A stretch of 27,224 bases of DNA from Parvularculaceae bacterium. GTDB lineage: Bacteria; Pseudomonadota; Alphaproteobacteria; Caulobacterales; Parvularculaceae. How positions within the stretch are numbered: position 1 is the stretch's first letter; every line of letters starts with the position of its first letter. The notes under the pieces were generated by a model that was given only the letters and a program-made list of their open reading frames with translations, was not told the DNA's origin and searched no databases. Below, piece by piece: positions 16,703 to 25,221 of this stretch. The position numbers and the translations under genes were made by a program. Where the stretch lies: positions 1 through 27,224 of the forward strand of contig JALWRV010000112.1 in NCBI GenBank assembly GCA_027080545.1, in the 5' to 3' direction.

Positions 16703-17173
16703 ATGATGATCAGAATAATTCTACCTTTGGCGATGGCCGCCGCCGCTTTTTTCGGCCCATGGTTTGTTGAAACCAGCACCGGAGACTTTACCGGTACCAA
16801 ACAAGCAACCATTTCCGGCGACTATTTTGTCGGCGCAACTGTGGATTGCTTTCTAGCTCAAAATTTTTCAATCAGCGGGGAGTGCGCACCGAATAATGGA
16901 CGTGACGGACTGCTCATGTTCGGCGCTGTCGCTGGTGGTGTGATGGCCGGGGTCCTCGGCATTTTGGGTCTACTGCCTTTTGTTGGTCGATTAACGAGCC
17001 TGTTTACGATCGTTGCCGGGGCTGTTGGTCTTGCGGCGGTGGCGAATTTTGCTTCCACCTCCGTACTTGCTGATACATTAAGTTTCGCAGACTTGCGTTG
17101 GGGGGCATATGGCACTGGAGGGCTAGCACTCATAACCCTGTTATCAGGGTTTGGGGGTCTGGGCGGGCGTTAG
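16703..17173 (+). CDS. Hypothetical small integral membrane protein (about 4 TM)
   Basis: Start at ATG 16703 (MMIRIILP). One N-terminal hydrophobic helix, a loop with 2 Cys, three further hydrophobic Gly/Ala-rich helices; followed by a terminator. Confidence 0.7.
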   Translation: MMIRIILPLAMAAAAFFGPWFVETSTGDFTGTKQATISGDYFVGATVDCFLAQNFSISGECAPNNGRDGLLMFGAVAGGVMAGVLGILGLLPFVGRLTSLFTIVAGAVGLAAVANFASTSVLADTLSFADLRWGAYGTGGLALITLLSGFGGLGGR

Positions 17174-17192
17174 CCATCCCGGAGAGAACGAG

Positions 17193-17226
17193 AAGCGCAC
17201 TGCCCTCATGGGCAGTGCGTTTTTTT
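17193..17226 (+). terminator. Rho-independent terminator between the convergent 16703 gene and hemF
   Basis: AAGCGCACTGCCC-TCAT-GGGCAGTGCG followed by T7. Confidence 0.85.
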
Positions 17227-17249
17227 GTGTCTCATTTTTCTAGAATATT

Positions 17250-18125
17250 TTATTCCCAAATGACCTCCGGGGGCATGGAAGACAATATGCTGTCAACATT
17301 GCCGCCGGTTTTGAGACCAAATTTGGTCCCCCGATCATAGAGCAAATTAAACTCCGCATAACGCCCTCTTTGTATGAGCTGTTTACGTCTGTCTTCTTCG
17401 CTCCATTTCTGGTTCATGCGCTTGGCCACCAGAGGGGGGTAGGCTTCAAGAAAAGCACGTCCGACATCTTGGGTGAAGGCAAAGTCCTTTTCCCAGTCGT
17501 CCGTACTTAATCGGTCATAAAATATACCACCAGTACCACGGGGTTCATTACGGTGGGGAAGATAGAAATAATCATCGCACCATTTTTTAAATTTTTTAAA
17601 ATAGCTGGGGTCATGTTTGTCGCAGGCACGTTCATAGGCGGCGCGGAAAAACACACTATCCTCGTGAGATTGATCGCGATAGCTGGGGTGCATGGGGTTC
17701 AAATCACCGCCGCCCCCAAACCATGTTTTGGTGGTTACAATCATACGGGTGTTCATATGGGCGGCTGGCGCATGGGGGTTTCTGGTATGCGCTATGAGTG
17801 AAATACCGGAAGCCCAGAAACGCGGGTCTTCTTCGGCACCGGGAATTTCTTTGCGAAAATCTTCAGAAAACTCTCCGTACACGGTGGACGTGTGAACACC
17901 GACCTTTTCAAATATGCGGCCTTTCATAATCGACATCACGCCGCCGCCTTGATCCTCCTCCTTGTCTTTGCCCCTTTGCCATGGGGTGCGGACAAATTTG
18001 GCCTCACCATCGGCCTGCCCATAGAGGGCGGGATCGGCCTCGCGCTCCAAGGTTTCGAAAGCCTGACAAATCGAATCACGCAGCGATTGAAACCAGCTTT
18101 CTGCTTTTTGTTGTTGTGATTTCAT
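17250..18125 (-). CDS. hemF: Oxygen-dependent coproporphyrinogen III oxidase
   Basis: [21 protein letters not shown]...[59 protein letters not shown]. Confidence 0.97.
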   Translation of the reverse strand: MKSQQQKAESWFQSLRDSICQAFETLEREADPALYGQADGEAKFVRTPWQRGKDKEEDQGGGVMSIMKGRIFEKVGVHTSTVYGEFSEDFRKEIPGAEEDPRFWASGISLIAHTRNPHAPAAHMNTRMIVTTKTWFGGGGDLNPMHPSYRDQSHEDSVFFRAAYERACDKHDPSYFKKFKKWCDDYFYLPHRNEPRGTGGIFYDRLSTDDWEKDFAFTQDVGRAFLEAYPPLVAKRMNQKWSEEDRRKQLIQRGRYAEFNLLYDRGTKFGLKTGGNVDSILSSMPPEVIWE

Positions 18126-18155
18126 AACATACCCTATTCTTATGAGAGATTTTGC

Positions 18156-18186
18156 CTATGGTGCAGCGCAATACGTTGCACCATAG
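18156..18186. promoter_or_regulatory. 13-bp inverted repeat in the hemF/hypothetical divergent intergenic region
   Basis: CTATGGTGCAGCG-CAATA-CGTTGCACCATAG (one G/A mismatch); no U-tract. Confidence 0.55.
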
Positions 18187-18250
18187 CCACACATTAGGGG
18201 AGTTCAAGAACAATAGAATGACATGGATCAAATGATCCCCCGGTTAGACA

Positions 18251-18280
18251 TTGCCAGACTTTCATGTTGGGCGATAAATT
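18251..18280 (+). promoter_or_regulatory. sigma70-type promoter candidate for the 18330 gene
   Basis: TTGCCA-N18-TAAATT. It argues for ATG 18330 rather than TTG 18264 as the start. Confidence 0.4.
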
Positions 18281-18329
18281 GGTCCTGCGCGGTATTGGGG
18301 CGCAAGGCGCTCGAAAATTTGGGGACCCG

Positions 18330-19301
18330 ATGGACATTACGCAAATCATATTGGCGGTCATTAGCGGTACCATTGGTGGTGGCCTGGGCGGTTTGGTTGG
18401 CAGCTTCTTTTCCAGCTTCCTGTCTTTTGGCTCTTTGTCCATGCGTCGTTTCTGGGCGGTTATTTTTCCCATTCTCGGTATTGCCGTTGGTTTGAACTAT
18501 CTCATGCCGATTATTGGCCCAAAGATTGAGGAGCCTATAAGCGTTCTGGTTGAAAAAACGGACCCCCCGAGTACCAGTGAGAACGAACCATCCGGGCGCG
18601 CAGCATCAAGCTTGCCACAACGCCCCCCAGAAGCGGATATTCGCGCCCATGTGGATGAAGCCATGCGGGCGTTTAATGATCCGATCATTCGTGCCATTAT
18701 CGCGCGCGAACCAGATCGCCAGGAAGGGTGGCGTCAGCGTTTTGAGGGGGCCTATATCAGAGGCCGAGATGAAGCGCTGAAGGAAGAAGCTGATCGCATC
18801 CGTATCGAGATTGGTACGGTTTCGGTTCCGTTCTATTTAGCCCGCGCCCAAGATGAAGATCTAATCGGTGCGACCATTGCCATGCGAGACGCTATTCTTG
18901 CGATTAATGAGGTTGATCCGGTGGTTTGCCACTTATGGGTTTACGGCGCGATAACGGGTCAGAGTTTCGATTATGATCGCTATCTTGTGGCCATTGGTGA
19001 AGAGCAGAACGAGCAATTACAAACTGCTCTGGCGAAGGCAGTGCGCGATGCTTATGACTTCCTGCCGGAATATGACGAGGCGTTGGCGGTTCAGTCGTTG
19101 GCTGAAATGGGTCAGATCATCTATCAGCGATTGGGGGATGAAAAGATCGGCTTGATCATCTCAGCACAAATCCCGGAATCAGAAGAGGATTCCCGTCTTG
19201 CCTGTGATGCCACGGCTGAGCTCTATTCGTTGGTGCTGGCCTCTGATGCGCGGGCAACAATTTTGCGCCACATGTTCACCTATGGGCAGCTCAGCTATTA
19301 A
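18330..19301 (+). CDS. Hypothetical membrane-anchored protein (2 N-terminal TM + alpha-helical extracytoplasmic domain)
   Basis: ATG 18330 follows GGGGA. Two hydrophobic segments, Pro/Ser linker, helical acidic domain with 2 Cys. Overlaps the convergent trmL stop by 4 nt. Confidence 0.7.
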   Translation: MDITQIILAVISGTIGGGLGGLVGSFFSSFLSFGSLSMRRFWAVIFPILGIAVGLNYLMPIIGPKIEEPISVLVEKTDPPSTSENEPSGRAASSLPQRPPEADIRAHVDEAMRAFNDPIIRAIIAREPDRQEGWRQRFEGAYIRGRDEALKEEADRIRIEIGTVSVPFYLARAQDEDLIGATIAMRDAILAINEVDPVVCHLWVYGAITGQSFDYDRYLVAIGEEQNEQLQTALAKAVRDAYDFLPEYDEALAVQSLAEMGQIIYQRLGDEKIGLIISAQIPESEEDSRLACDATAELYSLVLASDARATILRHMFTYGQLSY

Positions 19302-19759
19302 TTTGAGCGGTTTTGGGCGAATTGACGATTGGCCTCTGCCAGCACCACGGCGGCGCTAACGGATATGTTCAAGGAGCGGGCGCTGGCTTGTAGCGGAATA
19401 TATAATCTGGCATCGGCGCATTGATGCACTTGCTCTGGTGCCCCTGCGCTTTCACGGCCAAATAGCAAACAATCATCTGGACGCAAGGCAAAATCCGTAT
19501 AAGCCACATCACCGGCTGTGGTCATCAGAATCAATCGGCCGGACCGGTTGTTCTGGGTTTGGAGAAAGTCTTCCCAACTGGCATGGCGGCGGATCTCTTG
19601 CCCATCTCCATAGTCCATGGCGGCCCGCCTGAGGTCGCTGGCGCGGGGGGGAAAGCCACAGGGCTCTATGAGTTCGAACTGGGCCCCGAAACAGGCGCAA
19701 ATCCTGATTGCGGCACCGACATTTCCGGCCATATCCGGCTGATAATAAACGATATACAC
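19298..19759 (-). CDS. trmL: tRNA (cytidine(34)-2'-O)-methyltransferase
   Basis: YQPDMAGNVGAAIRICACFG...LIEPCGFP...RRAAMDY, LLFGRESAGAP, RSLNISVSAAVVLAEA (SPOUT). Probable GTG start at 19759. Confidence 0.92.
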   Translation of the reverse strand: MYIVYYQPDMAGNVGAAIRICACFGAQFELIEPCGFPPRASDLRRAAMDYGDGQEIRRHASWEDFLQTQNNRSGRLILMTTAGDVAYTDFALRPDDCLLFGRESAGAPEQVHQCADARLYIPLQASARSLNISVSAAVVLAEANRQFAQNRSN

Positions 19760-20048
19760 GATTTTGGGCCCCTTATGGCGGCATCCGTGTGATAGCGAAA
19801 TTGCAGGGTCAATAAAAGTGCCCATTTCCCCCCTTTGAAATGCTGGACAATAAGGATAAATAGTGCGAAATCCCGCTCAATCAGGGGTTTCATCGTCGAT
19901 ACGCTGGTATCAATTGGGGCGGCGAAGTCAATTGATGGGGTAATTTTGAAGGGTCCTGTTCGGTCTGGTGGTTGCTTTGCAGCGGCTGGTGCGGATGGGT
20001 GCAAGTAAGCGATTAACAGCAAAGACCGAACAAAACGGAATTTTAGAG

Positions 20049-20651
20049 ATGGCGGACATGAGTACATCGGAAGATATTGCCTCCACACAAGGCGAAGAGG
20101 GTACGAGACGGGACTTTATCCATTTATTGGCGGGCATGACGGCGGTGGGGGCGACGGCTGCGGTCGCTGTGCCTTTGGTCGATCAGATGAACCCGGACGC
20201 TTCGGTCAAGGCATTGGCCACCAAAGAAGCGGTGATTGATTCGATCGAACCGGGGCAGGTGGTCACGGTGGTTTGGCAGGGAAAGCCAATTTTTATCCGG
20301 CGCCGGACCAAAAAAGAGATCGAAGAAGCCAAAACGATCCCGATGAAAATTTTAAAGGACAAAATTGCCCGTAACCTGAATACAGAAGACAAGGCACCGG
20401 CAACCCCGGAAAACCGTATTGCAGCGGGCAGGGAAGAGTGGGTGATTGTCGTAGGTATCTGTACCCATCTCGGCTGTATTCCGCTGGGGCCCAATGAAAC
20501 CGGTGCCGGGGGTGATTGGCATGGTTGGTTCTGCCCCTGTCACGGGTCGCAATATGATAATTTGGGCCGCATTATGAAGGGCCCGGCACCGGAAAACCTG
20601 CTTATTCCGGTGGTTGAATTTCTCTCAGATACAAAGATCAAAATTGGTTAG
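20049..20651 (+). CDS. petA: Ubiquinol-cytochrome c reductase Rieske iron-sulfur subunit
   Basis: Tat motif TRRDF; CTHLGCIP and CPCHGSQYD boxes. Start at 20049 or 20058. Confidence 0.97.
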   Translation: MADMSTSEDIASTQGEEGTRRDFIHLLAGMTAVGATAAVAVPLVDQMNPDASVKALATKEAVIDSIEPGQVVTVVWQGKPIFIRRRTKKEIEEAKTIPMKILKDKIARNLNTEDKAPATPENRIAAGREEWVIVVGICTHLGCIPLGPNETGAGGDWHGWFCPCHGSQYDNLGRIMKGPAPENLLIPVVEFLSDTKIKIG

Positions 20652-20663
20652 GAGCTAGACGCA

Positions 20664-21974
20664 ATGAGCCATGAGTCGAATTATGTGCCGGGCAGTGCCA
20701 TTGAGCGTTTTCTGGACAAAAGATTACCCCTTATTCGTGTTGCCTCGGAATTCATGGAATTTCCGACCCCCAAAAATTTGAACTATTGGTACACGTTCGG
20801 TGCCATTTTGACAGTGATGTTGATGGTCCAGATTGTTACCGGTGTGGTCTTGGCGATGCACTATACGCCAGAAAAAACCATGGCTTTCGCATCTGTTGAA
20901 CATATCATGCGTGATGTGAATTTTGGTGACCTGCTGCGCTATACTCATGCCAATGGGGCGTCCATGTTCTTCATTGCGGTTTATTTGCACATGTTCCGGG
21001 GGCTTTATTATGGCTCATTCAAAGAGCCTCGCGAAGTAATCTGGATGTTGGGTGTGCTAATTTTCCTGATCATGATGGGGACAGCCTTTATGGGCTATGT
21101 TTTGCCATGGGGGCAGATGTCCTATTGGGGGGCGACCGTGATCACCTCTCTATTCTCGGCAATTCCGGTTGTTGGTGATTCGATCAAAACATTGCTTTGG
21201 GGTGGGTTTTCCGTCGATAATCCAACATTGAACCGCTTTTTCGCCCTTCACTTCCTGTTGCCTTTTGCCTTGATCGGGGTTGTATTCCTGCATATTTGGG
21301 CGCTGCATGTGCCGGGCAACACCAACCCTACCGGCGTTGAAATAAAATCAAAAAAAGATGCGGTGCCATTCCATCCCTATTACACGGTCAAAGATGGATT
21401 TGCGATCGTTCTGTTCTTGATCATGTTTGCCGTGTTTGTGTTCTATATGCCGAACGCGCTGGGTCATACGGATAATTATATTGAAGCCAATCCGTTTGTG
21501 ACCCCTGTCCATATCGTGCCGGAATGGTATTTCTTGCCCTTCTACGCGATGTTGCGCTCGATCACCTTCGACCTGACCATTCCGTTTACCGACATTGTGT
21601 TGATCAATTCCAAGCTTGGTGGGGTGATGGTGATGTTTGGCTCCATCATTATCCTGTTCTTCCTGTCATGGCTTGATCGGGCCAAGGTGCGTTCCATGCG
21701 CTATCGGCCATGGGCACGGTTTTGGTTCTTCCTGTTTGTTATCGACGCTGTGTTCCTCGGCTGGCTTGGGGGTAAACCCGCTGAACAGCCCTATATAGCC
21801 TGGGCGCAAGGGGCGACAGCCTTTTACTTCATCTATTTCCTGATCATTCTGCCGGCTTTGTCGATGTTTGAGGCACAGCCTAAGGGATTGCCTAGTTCGA
21901 TTTCGGAAGATGTGTTGTCGAAAAAAGCGAAAAAACAAAAAGCAATTGAAAGCTCTATTCAGCCAGCCGAATAG
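20664..21974 (+). CDS. petB: Cytochrome b
   Basis: [59 protein letters not shown]. Confidence 0.98.
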   Translation: MSHESNYVPGSAIERFLDKRLPLIRVASEFMEFPTPKNLNYWYTFGAILTVMLMVQIVTGVVLAMHYTPEKTMAFASVEHIMRDVNFGDLLRYTHANGASMFFIAVYLHMFRGLYYGSFKEPREVIWMLGVLIFLIMMGTAFMGYVLPWGQMSYWGATVITSLFSAIPVVGDSIKTLLWGGFSVDNPTLNRFFALHFLLPFALIGVVFLHIWALHVPGNTNPTGVEIKSKKDAVPFHPYYTVKDGFAIVLFLIMFAVFVFYMPNALGHTDNYIEANPFVTPVHIVPEWYFLPFYAMLRSITFDLTIPFTDIVLINSKLGGVMVMFGSIIILFFLSWLDRAKVRSMRYRPWARFWFFLFVIDAVFLGWLGGKPAEQPYIAWAQGATAFYFIYFLIILPALSMFEAQPKGLPSSISEDVLSKKAKKQKAIESSIQPAE

Positions 21975-21980
21975 GGGCGG

Positions 21981-22943
21981 GTGATGATAATCAAAATATT
22001 GGTGATGAAAATGGGAAAATTATCGATCAAACGGGTTGCCTTGTCTGCTTTGCTGCCACTCTTGGCAGGGGCCCTATGGACCGGCGGTGTGGCTCAGGCG
22101 TCCGGTGGCGGGACAAGAGAACCGGTTGAAGTGGAATGGTCTTTCAATGGACCTTTTGGCCACTATGACAAAGCGGCCGTCCAGCGGGGGTTTCAGGTCT
22201 ATAAGCAAGTTTGTTCTTCGTGCCATTCTTTGAAATTTGTCGCCTTTCGCCATCTTGGAGAAAAAGGCGGGCCGTTTCATGCGGATAAATGCCCCGCTGG
22301 ATTTCCTGACAATATTGATTGCGCCAATCCGGTCGAGAATCCGGCGGTAAAAGCGATTGCCGCGGAATATGATATTGTTGATGGACCTGATGAAAGCGGC
22401 GATATGTTCACCCGTCCGGGAACACCGGCCGATTATTTCCCTAATCCCTATCCCAACAAACAGATGGCCATTTTGGCCAATGGCGTGGTGCCGCCAGACC
22501 TTTCGCTGATGGCTAAGGCACGTGCAGGGGGACCAGACTATATCTACAGCCTGTTGACGGGGTTTGAGGAAGCGCCAGACCATGTGGATATTGGCCCGGG
22601 GGTCTATTATAATCCGTATTTTCCTGGGGACCTTTCTTCTGCCATCAAACCGGAATATTTGGACGAGCACGGCCATCCGAAAGAAGGCATACATGTGCCC
22701 GAAGGGGGCGTGTTGAAAATGAAGCCGCCTTTGGTGGATAATATTGTAGATTATGCTGACGAAGAAATTCCCGAGACTGTAGACCAATATGCCAAAGATG
22801 TTGGGCAATTTTTAATGTGGGTGGCGGAGCCAAAAATGGAATCGCGCAAGCAAACGGGATTGATGGTGCTGGTCTATTTGTTGATTTTCGGCGGTATTGT
22901 TTATGCTTCCTATCGTCAAATATGGTCGAAGGATGAGCATTAA
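21981..22943 (+). CDS. petC: Cytochrome c1
   Basis: WSFNGPFG, RGFQVYKQVCSSCH (CXXCH), PPDLSLMAKAR, axial Met region LKMKPPL, C-terminal TM. Exact start uncertain (21981-22011). Confidence 0.97.
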   Translation: MMIIKILVMKMGKLSIKRVALSALLPLLAGALWTGGVAQASGGGTREPVEVEWSFNGPFGHYDKAAVQRGFQVYKQVCSSCHSLKFVAFRHLGEKGGPFHADKCPAGFPDNIDCANPVENPAVKAIAAEYDIVDGPDESGDMFTRPGTPADYFPNPYPNKQMAILANGVVPPDLSLMAKARAGGPDYIYSLLTGFEEAPDHVDIGPGVYYNPYFPGDLSSAIKPEYLDEHGHPKEGIHVPEGGVLKMKPPLVDNIVDYADEEIPETVDQYAKDVGQFLMWVAEPKMESRKQTGLMVLVYLLIFGGIVYASYRQIWSKDEH

Positions 22944-22974
22944 ACAGAAGCAAGACATCATCCGAGGTAATGTA

Positions 22975-23010
22975 GATAAAACCGCTTCTCGGATGAGGAG
23001 CGGTTTTATC
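22975..23010 (+). terminator. Hairpin terminator after petABC (symmetric A/T tracts, possibly bidirectional)
   Basis: GATAAAACCGCTTCTC-GGAT-GAGGAGCGGTTTTATC: 16-bp stem with one G-U pair; short U-tract. Confidence 0.75.
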
Positions 23011-23023
23011 TGTTGGAGCGCTT

Positions 23024-23434
23024 GTGGACGCTGAACTGATAGGGTTGTTTACGCAGGAAGGCCGTGAAACCGAAGCGCGGGGGCTGGCGGCGGCGTTTGC
23101 GTTGGTAGCCTATGCTGATGCCCATCTTGATCCGCGTGAAATATTGCGATTTGAAGATTTGACTTTACGCGACCCATTTTTGGTCAATTTGGCCAATGAT
23201 TATATAATCAACTGTTTCCAGTCCTTTTGTGATCAGCTGAGCACCCATTACGCCGAAGGAAAGGCGCGGGCCTTGCAGGCTATTGCTGAGGCCGCCTTGG
23301 TACCGGGCGTGCGTACGGCGCTTGTTCGTGTGGTGCAATTGGCGGTGGTGGCAGATTTTCGTTTGGCAGAGCAGGAAGAATTGATGTTAGACGAAATTGC
23401 GGCGGCGGCGGGTCTACCGCGGGACCGACTATAG
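23024..23434 (+). CDS. TerB-like / DjlA-N-terminal-like protein
   Basis: AFALVAYADAHLDPREI ... VAVVADFRLAEQEE-type duplicated helix-loop-E motifs (VAYADAHLDPRE; AVVADFRLAEQE). GTG start follows GGAG at 23015-23018. Confidence 0.7.
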   Translation: MDAELIGLFTQEGRETEARGLAAAFALVAYADAHLDPREILRFEDLTLRDPFLVNLANDYIINCFQSFCDQLSTHYAEGKARALQAIAEAALVPGVRTALVRVVQLAVVADFRLAEQEELMLDEIAAAAGLPRDRL

Positions 23435-23445
23435 GAAAGTGTTAG

Positions 23446-24327
23446 ATGTCTATGGATAAAACAGTGTTAGGTGTTATCGGCGGGAGCGGCCTATACGCCA
23501 TGGAGGCTTTGGAAGACCGCAAGATTATTGATATGAAAACCCCGTGGGGGATCCCCTCAGCGCCATTGGTGCGCGGCACCTTATCCGGGGTTGATATTGT
23601 CTTTCTCTCCCGCCATGGGCCGGGCCACGCGATACCACCGGGAGAGATTAATTATCGCGCCAATATTGATGCGCTGAAGCGGGCGGGGGTTACGGATATA
23701 TTATCGCTTTCTGCTTGTGGTTCTTTTGAGGAGGCGTTGGCGCCGGGCACTTTCGTTTTGGTGGACCAATTTATAGATCGCACCAAAGGACGGGCTTCGA
23801 GCTTTTTTACTACGGGGGTGGTGGCCCATGTTTCTATGGCGGATCCGGTTTGTCCAAAGCTCGTAGAGGCGTTAGCGGCCTCTTGTGAGGCTTTAGCCAT
23901 TCCATATCGCAAAGGGGGCACCTATCTGGTGATGGAGGGGCCTCAATTTTCTACCCGCGCTGAAAGTCAGCTCTATAAAAGCTGGGGGTGCAGCGTTATT
24001 GGCATGACCAATATGCCGGAAGCCAAGCTCGCGCGCGAGGCTGAATTACCCTATGCCAGTGTGGCTATGGTAACCGATTATGATTGCTGGCGCCCCCGTG
24101 ATGAGGTTGATATTGGTGATATTTTGCGGGTGATGGGGGAAAATGTTTCTCATGCTCAACGCCTGATTAGCGATGTTGCTCCGCGTCTTGGGCCTACACG
24201 CCAGCCCTCGCCAGCCAATATTGAAACCGTGTTGGATTACGCGCTGATCACCGCCCCAGAGGCGCGAGACCCAGCGCTAATGGCAAAGCTGGATGCGGTT
24301 GCCGGGCGTATATTATCTAAAAAATAG
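23446..24327 (+). CDS. mtnP: S-methyl-5'-thioadenosine phosphorylase
   Basis: GVIGGSGLY, TPWGIPS, LSRHGPGH...INYRANI, DQFIDRT, MEGPQFSTRAES, GMTNMPEAKLARE, VTDYDCW. Confidence 0.95.
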   Translation: MSMDKTVLGVIGGSGLYAMEALEDRKIIDMKTPWGIPSAPLVRGTLSGVDIVFLSRHGPGHAIPPGEINYRANIDALKRAGVTDILSLSACGSFEEALAPGTFVLVDQFIDRTKGRASSFFTTGVVAHVSMADPVCPKLVEALAASCEALAIPYRKGGTYLVMEGPQFSTRAESQLYKSWGCSVIGMTNMPEAKLAREAELPYASVAMVTDYDCWRPRDEVDIGDILRVMGENVSHAQRLISDVAPRLGPTRQPSPANIETVLDYALITAPEARDPALMAKLDAVAGRILSKK

Positions 24328-24340
24328 GCTTGTGATTGGC

Positions 24341-25051
24341 CTAGCCCCGGCTAATGACTCGTAGGCTTTGCTGCAGGCGTGTGTGGCGCTGGCGTGAAAA
24401 ATCGGCGGGACTGAGAAGTTTTCCCCCATCAAACCTTTGGCTCTTATCTTCGCTATCACGCGCAATAGTGGGATCTTCAATCGAGCCGAGAATGACAAAA
24501 CCATAGCCTTTCCGGGTTCGGCGCACAGCTTGACACCGCATACGGCCAATTTGCACTTGATCGCCCACCTTTAAATGGGAATGGTTCATTTCCACAGAAA
24601 CGCCTGTAAGGGAGATATCAACAATTGAACAAGGAACATGGAGGTTTTTGTCAATCAGACAAAAGGATTTTTCCGAATAGGATTGTACTCTCTTTGCGGA
24701 GCGGCGACTGAAGGCCTTATTGTCTTCATGGACGAGTCCATGCTGGCGAGCCAATTCAATCGTTAACCCTTCCACAAGACGCTCCCGGCGATTATGAGAG
24801 AGGCTTAGGCTCATCCCGTAAATATGGCCGATACGCCGACGGATGGTGCCTTCCAACCGATCAATGCCTTGTACATAAATAACCACATTATCGTTTGGGG
24901 CGAGCATGGCCTTAGAATAAAAGGATAAATTACCGGCCGACATCGCAAAAATGGTCGCCGGATATTCAATTGAGCCGGCCACAACAATGATAGCGGAATG
25001 TTGCAGCATAACGCGTCGATAGCGTCTCTGGTCTTTTGAAATATCATCCAT
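24341..25051 (-). CDS. Tandem PilZ-domain protein
   Basis: Domain 1: RRYRR + AMSAGN (degenerate). Domain 2: RSAKR + DISLTG (canonical RxxxR / DxSxxG). ATG 25051 follows GGAGG. Confidence 0.8.
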   Translation of the reverse strand: MDDISKDQRRYRRVMLQHSAIIVVAGSIEYPATIFAMSAGNLSFYSKAMLAPNDNVVIYVQGIDRLEGTIRRRIGHIYGMSLSLSHNRRERLVEGLTIELARQHGLVHEDNKAFSRRSAKRVQSYSEKSFCLIDKNLHVPCSIVDISLTGVSVEMNHSHLKVGDQVQIGRMRCQAVRRTRKGYGFVILGSIEDPTIARDSEDKSQRFDGGKLLSPADFSRQRHTRLQQSLRVISRG

Positions 25052-25077
25052 CTCAAATTGCCTCCCTTGAGGACACA

Positions 25078-25110
25078 ACCTTAGGTAGAAATTATTGATA
25101 TTGTTCTAAC
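25078..25110 (-). promoter_or_regulatory. Candidate CtrA-type promoter of the PilZ gene
   Basis: Degenerate box TTGA-N7-CTAAC (25095-25110, plus-strand reading) with -10 TAAGGT on the minus strand (25083-25078). Confidence 0.4.
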
Positions 25111-25171
25111 AAAGCGGGAAATTTCACGCATCCCTCTGATTTTATGGGGTTTATCACAGCCAGACCGTTGA

Positions 25172-25198
25172 TTAAGAAGGGTTTGACCGGCTGTTAAC
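25172..25198 (+). promoter_or_regulatory. Three phased CtrA half-sites (two overlapping full boxes)
   Basis: TTAA-GAAGGGT-TTGA-CCGGCTG-TTAAC; each overlapping box is one mismatch from TTAA-N7-TTAA. Confidence 0.6.
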
Positions 25199-25221
25199 CC
25201 TATGGGGCTAGATAGTCTTCT

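Noticed and set aside
19890-19940. RegA/FNR-like sites upstream of petA (GCGGCGAAGTC; paired CAATTG)
   Set aside because: Only partial matches to degenerate consensuses; cannot be supported.
21555-21620. Insertion after PEWY in cytochrome b ([15 protein letters not shown])
   Set aside because: Insertions in this loop are known in alphaproteobacterial cytochrome b.
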